Of a stretch of 64,000 nucleotides of DNA, positions 10,944-19,753 are shown one piece after another. The stretch lies in assembly GCA_003707115.1 (NCBI GenBank), contig PPNB01000005.1:310001-374000 (forward strand), written 5' to 3'. The translations under genes were made by a program, and so were the position numbers. A model generated the notes under the pieces. The model searched no databases and had not been told where the DNA came from. It saw only the letters and a program-made list of their open reading frames with translations. Each line of letters begins with the position of its first letter. Position 1 is the first letter of the stretch. The stretch comes from Tortispora ganteri. Its lineage: Eukaryota.

Positions 10944-12917
10944 ATGGTAGAATGGTCAAAAGGCCCCGTATGCGGTGTCCAAAATTGTAAATCTACAAAA
11001 TATGTCGTTAATGATGGTATATATTATTGTTCACGCGGTCACCAACGTGCAGGCGCAGTCGAGACCGTCATGGAATACGACGATGTCCTTACTACTGCGC
11101 GATCTGTCAGATTCAGAGAAACTCGTTCAAGAATTAGGAAAACTTACCCGCGCGTGTACCAAGGTCATCGCGGACTTGCCTTATATGTCCAGGCGCTACA
11201 GACTATTCTTCATGCACAGATTACTTGGCTCATTGATAACCGTAATATGCCTGCCATTATTGACCCACTCGCTCAAAGACTCTTTGCCGCCTACATGCGT
11301 TACTGTAATTTCCATACAATGTCTCTTAAGACAGATAATAAAGACGTAAACGAGGCCTCTGAATCAGAGTACGAATTCCTATATTCAGACGATAGTGACT
11401 CTGACAAACCGCGACGCAAGACTCCACAACATCAGCAGAGGTATCGTCCAGACAAGGCTCGTGCACGTGATCGATCTAAGTACTACTTTAATTTCAGTGC
11501 TCAAATTGCTCCTATTATTAAGAATTTCCGCATTAGAACTCTCACAGATCTCGTGGTTCTCTGCTATATCGTCTGTCTAATCGTTCATGCTCCTATCTGC
11601 ATGCTTGATCTGCATCACTGGATCATATCCGATACCAACCCATTCCCTTATATCAATGCTGCCTCTCTGACGCTTTCTAACCGCGCATTATCACATTTAC
11701 ATCCGCATTATAGCGGAATCCTTAACCCGAAGACATTTCCGGGCATGCAAAATCTGCTTGAAGTGTCTCAGGAGCTCGTAGGCATGACCGGCCTATTCAA
11801 ACACATACAACCCTCAATGTTTACAGGACTATCTTTAAAAGTGAACTACGAGCACATAATGCTGCGTACATGTCAAGCATTACTACTTCCTATAGACGTT
11901 TTCTGCGGCGCGCTTCAGTTCGTTTCATCTATGTCTTGGTCGTTCTCGGCCACTTCACGCGGATTCCCCATGTCGCATGCGGGGTCGCATGCGACCGCAC
12001 ACGCAACTGTGTCCTCGAATTCTTCCGGTGCAAAGCTGTTCCTGGCTGATCACCCAGAACTGCAAGCCGCGGCGGCGGTTGTTGTTGCCGCAAAGCTGCT
12101 CTATGGTCTAGATGGCATTAAACGAAAAGCCACTGAAGGTACAGGCACAGAACTGACTGCACAGGTACCAGATTGGAAGTTGTGGGACAGTCTCGTGCTT
12201 AAACATGCATCCGAAGGGCCTTCTACGGTACTCTACCCTGTCGCTCACGAACTGCTAGTCGACTCTATATTTCAGAACCCCTATGAAGTGTGGAAACTAG
12301 ACAGTAAAGAGTTCGATTCATTCGTGAACTACCTAGAGACGCGCAATGTATTTGTCGACCCATATGGGTTTAATGTATCTACGCGTCCGTCTCACCGCAA
12401 GCGAAAAAGTCATTTACAATTTGCTGACCGACTAATGCGAATCTTCTCGAAAAACTCCAAACCAGATGACTGCGAGTCCAGCGACGAGGACGACACAAAC
12501 AACACAGAAACCGAAACTGCGACAGATCGCCTACTGCAAATTCAAAGATCGATTAAGTCTACGAAAGACACTACTACACAAAATCTCGCGCCTTGGAGGT
12601 ACATTCCAAAGCACACCCGAGATCCGCCTGTAATCAAACCTGGAGCGTTTTACTGTATTATCACTAAATCATCTGGATTTGAAGAATGCAAGCCCAGGAG
12701 GCTCGTGCTTCTTATACAGGCGCTTGCAGCATTTTTGGCACTTCCTCCAGGAGTAGTAACCGATGCTGTTTCTCGTCTGGAAGCGGAACTCACACAGCGG
12801 CGATATACTATAGGGCGCAGTTTGCGTCCAGAGAGCGATTCTGAGTCGAACAATGACATGGAAGAAGATCAGAATGTTGAAGATGCAGTCGATGATGATT
12901 TATATATTTCTGACTGA
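10944..12917 (+). CDS. RRN7: RNA polymerase I core factor subunit Rrn7 (TFIIB-like)
   Basis: N-terminal zinc ribbon CGVQNC...YYCSRGH, ALQTILHAQITWLI, DHPELQAAAAVVVAAKL. Confidence 0.78.
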   Translation: MVEWSKGPVCGVQNCKSTKYVVNDGIYYCSRGHQRAGAVETVMEYDDVLTTARSVRFRETRSRIRKTYPRVYQGHRGLALYVQALQTILHAQITWLIDNRNMPAIIDPLAQRLFAAYMRYCNFHTMSLKTDNKDVNEASESEYEFLYSDDSDSDKPRRKTPQHQQRYRPDKARARDRSKYYFNFSAQIAPIIKNFRIRTLTDLVVLCYIVCLIVHAPICMLDLHHWIISDTNPFPYINAASLTLSNRALSHLHPHYSGILNPKTFPGMQNLLEVSQELVGMTGLFKHIQPSMFTGLSLKVNYEHIMLRTCQALLLPIDVFCGALQFVSSMSWSFSATSRGFPMSHAGSHATAHATVSSNSSGAKLFLADHPELQAAAAVVVAAKLLYGLDGIKRKATEGTGTELTAQVPDWKLWDSLVLKHASEGPSTVLYPVAHELLVDSIFQNPYEVWKLDSKEFDSFVNYLETRNVFVDPYGFNVSTRPSHRKRKSHLQFADRLMRIFSKNSKPDDCESSDEDDTNNTETETATDRLLQIQRSIKSTKDTTTQNLAPWRYIPKHTRDPPVIKPGAFYCIITKSSGFEECKPRRLVLLIQALAAFLALPPGVVTDAVSRLEAELTQRRYTIGRSLRPESDSESNNDMEEDQNVEDAVDDDLYISD

Positions 12918-13193
12918 TTCTACATACTTAAGAACTTTAATTTTAATATTAGCTAATTCTTACAACATCTGTATAACATCACACTGCGCATCTTACTATT
13001 AACGATCTGCATGATTTGGTGTAACAATAGGGCTAAAATAGAGTTTGGGTTCAGGGTATTCATTTAGGGGGAAAACATGAGTAGGGTTATAGGAAAGCGG
13101 GACTGCGTTGCCACGCGCAATTAGAGGACGCAACTCCCACTCGAACTATTCACTCGAACTATCTACACTCCTAGTTACACACCATTATTCATA

Positions 13194-13673
<480 letters not shown>

Positions 13674-13905
13674 AGAGTGAGTGTGTTTATGACTGCGGCA
13701 CGATTCCCGGACTGTTCCCACTGGTTCATTTTATTACGATATTTGCTGCTGTAGTTTCCCAGTAGCATCGTTGTTCATATAGCTAGTAGAATAGTTATCA
13801 AATGTTTTAGTATTTAGCCGAGAGATTCCTTAGAGGAGTCCCTTGGGGCGCAAGTAGACTGTTCTTAAAGGAACATATACTTTCAATAGCACTACCTTAA
13901 ACGGT

Positions 13906-13950
13906 GCTAGACAGCCTGCGCTGGGTAGCCTGTGCTGGATAGCCCGCGCT
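13906..13950. repeat. Degenerate 14-bp tandem repeat x3
   Basis: GCTAGACAGCCTGC / GCTGGGTAGCCTGT / GCTGGATAGCCCGC. Confidence 0.65.
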
Positions 13951-14079
13951 TAGCATTATATAGTCGTTCGCGATATTTAGGATCTTAGAGGGGGACCTAC
14001 ATCGATCCTCGATGAACATCGAGAGAACCCTCTATTAGGATCAAAGGGCTCTATGAATCGGCGAAACCTTGATCGCTGA

Positions 14080-15807
14080 ATGTCTAAGCAAGGAGGGTCG
14101 ATGCATAGACTCATGTATTTCCTGAATCTCAGTACTTTTAGGGGCTTATTGTATTCAGCGAAAAAGTGTCACGATGGACACCGCTTGGTACGGATCCTGC
14201 ATATAAGGCCCAGGTTAGTCTTATCTAGCCTGGCTTACTGCGACATGGATTTTATCGAGAACTATGATGCCGAGTTTAACAGGAAAGTGTATCGGTATTC
14301 TTATGTGATGGACTTTGCACCGTCTATGAAGACAATCGATACATCTAATACACAGTTTATGCGGCTACCGTATATTGCCAATAATGTCAGCAGTGGTAGT
14401 AGCAGTACTAGCAGTAGCGGGTCATCTGAATGTACAAGACGAGGATCAATGTGTGCATGGTCAAATCAGCGGTGTCAATTTAGAGGTATTATTCTACCGT
14501 ACTATCATGGGAACGTACCTGCGCCTGAGATCCATTTGGGGCTACAATATGATAGACGATTATCGTTGACTCCAGCGGCTTCACAACTTATACCGCTGAT
14601 GAATATTGCACCGTTTACACACAATCGGATTTGGAATTCTTCATTTGATATGGGTAAACCACAATTGACCTCTGATGATTTTGAAAGCGGCAAGCTGCTA
14701 GGACGTGGAGGATTTGGTGAAGTCAAAGCTGTCAGATACAAACGTACAGGTGTAGCATACGCATGCAAACGGTATCTTCGACAAGACTCTGGACTTGCTT
14801 TATTTCAATGCCATTACGAGCATAATCTTATGGTTCGACTGCGACAATGTAACGCGCGATGGGCATTACCGCTTGTAGGATCATTTGAGTCATCAAAACA
14901 TCTTAATTTAATAACCGAGCTGTGCGTCTATGGAAATCTGCATAACGTGTTAATGTATCTTATACACCATGATCGAATCAGCCGCAAAATTGTGCAGTTT
15001 TATGCATATGAAGCACTTCTAGCTATACAGGAACTACACAGTCATGGTATTGTGCATCGTGACGTGAAGTTGGATAATTTCATGGTAAGAAACAATGGTC
15101 ATTTGTATTTAGGTGACTTTGGCGGTGCTATATATACTTCAAATGTGGATAGCCGGTTGAATACTGTTGATATTTGGGGCACTTACGGAACCGAGGGCTA
15201 CCATAGTCCTGAAATGTATACACTAAGTGACTATGATGCACGTACAGACTACTGGTCATACGCTATTATGTTCTTTGAAATTGTGTTTGCCGGTTGGAAT
15301 CCACTAAGAGATACCGTTACAGCGCTTGAAAAGCAATATGTTGAAGAACAATCTGAATCAGATCTTCATAAGACTAGCGTAAATATTGCAATTCATATGA
15401 AAGCCTGTAAGTACCTTACATGTGACTTTACGCGTGAACTGTGTCAATTAGCGGATACTTTTGGTGGTAATCAGTGCATTTCTGCTATAGGTGTGCATTT
15501 TCTGACGCAAATGATCAGATCTGTGAATGTTGGCGAGCGGTTTGGCAATGAACCATACCGAGTACAATACAATCCTGAACTAAAACGTGCTCTTCCAAAT
15601 GATGCACGTGTGTTATTGTCACATCCTTGGATGAAGAGAGCGCGTAAAAAGTTTGGCAAAGATCCACTTAAACGAAAAGCTCCTCTTAAAATGCCGCAAT
15701 GGAGTCATGAAAAATATTTCAAGGACAAATATGATACTTCAAAATCAGTAAAACATCTAAAGAAGATGTCTAGCGGGTTTATTAAAGCATATCAAGGATT
15801 TTTATAA
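14080..15807 (+). CDS. Divergent Ser/Thr protein kinase, AGC-like (true start may be ATG 14245)
   Basis: DDFESGKLLGRGGFGEV, YACK, HRDVKLDN, DFG, GTEGYHSPE, DYWS. Confidence 0.88.
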   Translation: MSKQGGSMHRLMYFLNLSTFRGLLYSAKKCHDGHRLVRILHIRPRLVLSSLAYCDMDFIENYDAEFNRKVYRYSYVMDFAPSMKTIDTSNTQFMRLPYIANNVSSGSSSTSSSGSSECTRRGSMCAWSNQRCQFRGIILPYYHGNVPAPEIHLGLQYDRRLSLTPAASQLIPLMNIAPFTHNRIWNSSFDMGKPQLTSDDFESGKLLGRGGFGEVKAVRYKRTGVAYACKRYLRQDSGLALFQCHYEHNLMVRLRQCNARWALPLVGSFESSKHLNLITELCVYGNLHNVLMYLIHHDRISRKIVQFYAYEALLAIQELHSHGIVHRDVKLDNFMVRNNGHLYLGDFGGAIYTSNVDSRLNTVDIWGTYGTEGYHSPEMYTLSDYDARTDYWSYAIMFFEIVFAGWNPLRDTVTALEKQYVEEQSESDLHKTSVNIAIHMKACKYLTCDFTRELCQLADTFGGNQCISAIGVHFLTQMIRSVNVGERFGNEPYRVQYNPELKRALPNDARVLLSHPWMKRARKKFGKDPLKRKAPLKMPQWSHEKYFKDKYDTSKSVKHLKKMSSGFIKAYQGFL

Positions 15808-15855
15808 GGCCATACTAGTATATAACTTTTCGTTATTTTATTATAATATAAATAT

Positions 15856-17511
15856 CTAATAACTTTCTAGATGTTGTACCATGTTGTGATATCTATCGAG
15901 AATATTAAAAAGATTATCTAAATCAGATTCAATTCGTTGAACCAAATTTGGAGACCATTTCTGCGTATTATGCGTCAACATGTACAAACTTGTACGAGTG
16001 ACCAATGCACGACACCGATCAACAAGTACTTGACAATCTTCTGACCAAAATATATGCTCTGCAGTGTTGGTGTCCAATATTTGTACAAGAATCTCAATTG
16101 TAATCACAGTCTCCCGGTGTAGAGCTTGAAGTTTCATCCGTAAGTACTTAGGCTGTTCAATATATGGCCATGCAGAGATCTGGTCATCGTAGAGCCCCGC
16201 GAGAAAAATATCACTTTCAACATTTCCTTCAGTTTCTTCTTTCTCTTTTTCTTTCTTTTTCAGTTTAGTTTTGTTGTCAGTTTCTTTTGTCTGTATAGTC
16301 GTAGTCTCAAGTGTAGGATCCTTGCGGAACTGAGTCGTTTGGTTATATATAGACGTGCTCTTCAGCATTCGGATCATGACTGCACGGTCATACGCCACTA
16401 GAATCAAAGCTAGCTGATTACGAAAACTAAGTTCCGTGTCAAGTTCAACGTTTGTCCACATTCTTGCTGCTTTCTTAGTTGTCCAGAACCCAAGATGTAG
16501 AAGTGTTTTAAGAGTCGTGAATATAGAGTGGAACAGATCAACCCGTAAAAACGAAGTGAACATGCCAACAATGTATTCTTTAATATAATCCAAGACTTTT
16601 TTTATAGCATCTGCCGCAGATAGACGTGTAGGAGGTTCAGCATTGTTTGCACTTGCAGTAGAATGTCGTGAGCTGGAAGATGAAGAAGAAGAACTCAAAG
16701 AGGATGAGTTGGTGGTGGATTCGTCTGATTCTTCGGCAATAGCCGGTGTCAAAATCGGCACTTCAGTTGCGCCAATGGCTTGATTATTCTCGGGCGTAAG
16801 TGATCCTGATAAGCCTTTCAAGTTGCTGACAAAATTGGCAATAACTGCGCGAGGTCCAAGAGGTGACGGCGTGCCTGGGTGTTCAGAAGAACTTGAGGAG
16901 CTCTGAGGCTCAGGAGATACAGGAGAAATAGAAGATATAGGAGACAAAGGAGACAAAGGAGATATAGGAGACAAAGGAGATATAGGAGACAGAGGAGACA
17001 GAGGAGACGCGCTATTGACAGCCATATTTGCATCATCTGCAGTAACTGTATTTTCTTGCACTTTTTTAGATGAAAATGGATACGGAGGTATCTCAATGCC
17101 AAAAGTCTTTCCAATATTTTCGTCAAAAGACTTTCCAGAGGTCTCTGCGTACTTTCTAATCAAATCTTGTGCCAACAACCGTAGTGGCCTGAATTCTGGT
17201 AGCTTGATTATCACGTACAGCCATTTAGCAACTTTTGTGAACTTCAAACTATTCTCTAGCTGCTCGTTACGATTATGTAGCAGCACTTCCAGTAAGTATA
17301 TAGCGCCATATTTCTGTGAACTGTTCATTTTCGGTCGTAAATTTGTCGATATTTGTGCAGCAACATACTTTGCAGCAGACGAGTCTGTCTCGACGAGTGC
17401 GACAAGTTCAGGCAGCACGGCAACTGCTTCAGCTCTCAGAAAACATTTATGCTTGTACTCCTTTGGCGCAGGCCAGAAGTACTCATTGCACAAATCTGCG
17501 ATCTGAGACAT
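15856..17511 (-). CDS. Uncharacterised protein: VHS-like N-terminus, SP-repeat linker, GAT-like C-terminus (tentative)
   Basis: 551-aa ORF; QKYGAIYLLEVLLHN resembles a VHS helix; LVDRCRAL...LFNILDRY resembles the end of a GAT domain. Confidence 0.55.
   Translation of the reverse strand: MSQIADLCNEYFWPAPKEYKHKCFLRAEAVAVLPELVALVETDSSAAKYVAAQISTNLRPKMNSSQKYGAIYLLEVLLHNRNEQLENSLKFTKVAKWLYVIIKLPEFRPLRLLAQDLIRKYAETSGKSFDENIGKTFGIEIPPYPFSSKKVQENTVTADDANMAVNSASPLSPLSPISPLSPISPLSPLSPISSISPVSPEPQSSSSSSEHPGTPSPLGPRAVIANFVSNLKGLSGSLTPENNQAIGATEVPILTPAIAEESDESTTNSSSLSSSSSSSSSRHSTASANNAEPPTRLSAADAIKKVLDYIKEYIVGMFTSFLRVDLFHSIFTTLKTLLHLGFWTTKKAARMWTNVELDTELSFRNQLALILVAYDRAVMIRMLKSTSIYNQTTQFRKDPTLETTTIQTKETDNKTKLKKKEKEKEETEGNVESDIFLAGLYDDQISAWPYIEQPKYLRMKLQALHRETVITIEILVQILDTNTAEHIFWSEDCQVLVDRCRALVTRTSLYMLTHNTQKWSPNLVQRIESDLDNLFNILDRYHNMVQHLESY
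16912..17007 (-). repeat. 9-bp coding tandem repeat encoding (SP[L/I/V]) array
   Basis: SPLSPLSPISPLSPISPLSPLSPISSISPVSP; AGGAGAnnn units on + strand. Confidence 0.9.
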
Positions 17512-17697
17512 GTAGAAAATGTATAGGTGTGTGTGGCAGATAGAGGTGGTTCAGCATTCAGGGTCTACTGAATGCAAGGGCATCGCGAAACTTTGACGTA
17601 CATAAAGCATATTCCCAGAAATATGTATAGCTACACGTATCTAAAGTACAAGAAGCAGTACGGGAAGCTTATACCAGAAGCTAATGATACGGATTAT

Positions 17698-18297
17698 CTA
17701 TTCAAAGACTTTGACAACCTCATCGATTGGCAAGAACGTCTTCTCACCCGGTTCACCTGCAGGAGTACCAAAAACGAGCTGAGACTGTAGTTTCCAGTTA
17801 TCAGGGACGTTCCACTGCTTGGCAACGTAGCCCTCAATTACTTCGTTGTAATGTTGCAGGTTGCAGCCGAGACCTAACTCGCTGAGGGCAGTCCAGGTGA
17901 CGATATGAGCAGCGCCAGAGGAATGTGCAGCAAAAGTAGGAAATGCGGCAGCATAAAGCGGAAAATCTTCTTGCATCTTCTTGATAGAGTTAGAATCTTC
18001 GAAGAAGAGTACAGTTCCGAATCCGTTCTTGAACCCTTCGATCTTAGCTTGAGTAGTAGGGCGATGTTCAGGCGTAGTTAAAGGTTTTAATAATTCAAAA
18101 GTCTGGTCCCAAAGTTTATCATGTTGCGCACCAAAAAGAACAATAGCTCTATTTGATTGCGAATTGAATGATGTAGGAGTGTGTTTGACGACATCTTTGA
18201 CTACATCGATGATCTTAGAAGCCGGAACGGGCGATTCCTTCTTGAGCGCGTAGTGGGTGCGACGTTTCAAGTAAGTTTGTAGAAAAGGTGTGGCCAT
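17698..18297 (-). CDS. HBN1: Nitroreductase-like protein, Frm2/Hbn1 family
   Basis: RRTHYAL, HTPTSFNSQSNRA, GTVLFFED, LGCNLQHYN, QLVFG. Confidence 0.88.
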   Translation of the reverse strand: MATPFLQTYLKRRTHYALKKESPVPASKIIDVVKDVVKHTPTSFNSQSNRAIVLFGAQHDKLWDQTFELLKPLTTPEHRPTTQAKIEGFKNGFGTVLFFEDSNSIKKMQEDFPLYAAAFPTFAAHSSGAAHIVTWTALSELGLGCNLQHYNEVIEGYVAKQWNVPDNWKLQSQLVFGTPAGEPGEKTFLPIDEVVKVFE

Positions 18298-18472
18298 TTT
18301 TTTTGGTAGATGAATTGATGAACTGAGGAATTCAAAATTCAGGATGTTATATATATATTGCGCTGTAAATAGTTAATAGGACTGTATCGAAGCATTTAGA
18401 ACCTATACAGTCATCCAATATTCACGTTTGTCAGCATATAAACTTTAATCCAAGATTAAGAGTTGTTATTGG

Positions 18473-19504
18473 ATGTATAGTGCACTAAAATCTCTAAACT
18501 TTGTTTCTTTTAGTATCACGAAACTAACTGGCTCGATTGCTAGTTTAAGCCGCCTGATTTTGATAAGCGGAATGTCAGTACGTTATATTACGCGGAATGT
18601 ACGCTCGATTGCAGACCTCGGTTCAGGTACTGCACCTTCTTTGGTACTAGTGGGATTAGACGTATTACATACTACGTTACCGCTGCTAGCTAAATCTCGA
18701 ATACCGCATGCTGTCGTAGATCAGGCCGGCCGTGGTGTTTCGGCGCTGTATGGCCCATTAACATGTACATCGACATCGTTAAATACAAGGAATCGTTCTT
18801 CATGGATGGCCTCGACGGATAAACTGGATCTCTCTATTGGTACACATACCCAGTTACGAGTCTCTATACCTGCATCTAATACTCTTTTTGCGACGAATGG
18901 CGAACATCAATCGCTGATTTTTGATGCAAATGGTAATCAGGTAAACGGAATGCGTATAGAAATTGACGCCGATATTGAATCAATAGCGTTACATGCACCT
19001 TTAACGCCACTGGTTGAAGATCTCTGTATTGATGAAGTCGCTTCTAATATGGTCAAGAAAATTTCTGGTAAACCTGCCTCATACTGGCTCGAAACTGCTG
19101 TAGCTGAACGAACTACACCTCTAGAATCAGATGTTTACATGGTGGTACATAGTCAGCAGTCTGAATTACATGGACCGTTACGACTGAAAGTGATTGCAGG
19201 TGGTGGAGGATGGGGCGCAAAAGCCGGATTGCTCGTTGTTGATCCTGACTATTCTAATGTTCTAAAGAAAGGTGACAAAGTGAGTTTTGCGATCGCAGGA
19301 GAAAATAAAACACAAAAGCATGCCAAAACAGCTTCATTTTTGTTTGAGTGTCTTAAACCGCAAGAATCCTTCCAATCGGAGCGTACTTCGGCACTAGTAA
19401 GTCCAGATCTTTTCCATGCAGCATCTGAGGACACTATCATTGCTGGCGAGCAGAAACTAGACATGCCTGGTGATGAGGTCTGTATACAACTACGTTACGA
19501 ATGA
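18473..19504 (+). CDS. Uncharacterised protein, possibly FIST-fold
   Basis: 343-aa ORF; ASNTLFATNG, LTPL...IDEVASNMVKKISGKPA...L, IAGGGGWGAKAGLLVVDP. Confidence 0.6.
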   Translation: MYSALKSLNFVSFSITKLTGSIASLSRLILISGMSVRYITRNVRSIADLGSGTAPSLVLVGLDVLHTTLPLLAKSRIPHAVVDQAGRGVSALYGPLTCTSTSLNTRNRSSWMASTDKLDLSIGTHTQLRVSIPASNTLFATNGEHQSLIFDANGNQVNGMRIEIDADIESIALHAPLTPLVEDLCIDEVASNMVKKISGKPASYWLETAVAERTTPLESDVYMVVHSQQSELHGPLRLKVIAGGGGWGAKAGLLVVDPDYSNVLKKGDKVSFAIAGENKTQKHAKTASFLFECLKPQESFQSERTSALVSPDLFHAASEDTIIAGEQKLDMPGDEVCIQLRYE

Positions 19505-19560
19505 TTACGATGTTATGATTAGAGTATTTAGTGTACAGACTGATGTGGCTCGTAGAGGAA

Positions 19561-19620
19561 GAATGAATGTAAATGAATGTAAATGAATGAAAATGAATGA
19601 AAAGGTATGAAAAATGAACG
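19561..19620. repeat. 10-bp tandem repeat (AAATGAATGW) between convergent gene ends
   Basis: gaatgaatgt aaatgaatgt aaatgaatga aaatgaatga, then degenerate copies. Confidence 0.8.
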
Positions 19621-19753
19621 TGGTTGCGCGTTTTGAAGACATTAAAAATTGTACGCAGCTCCAGGCTGCCACCGCTAACGTGAATTGACGTCCTAATAGA
19701 ACATGTATAATTGGTTCTTTATGTAATTTTAGTGTAAACAGTCATAGACGGCT

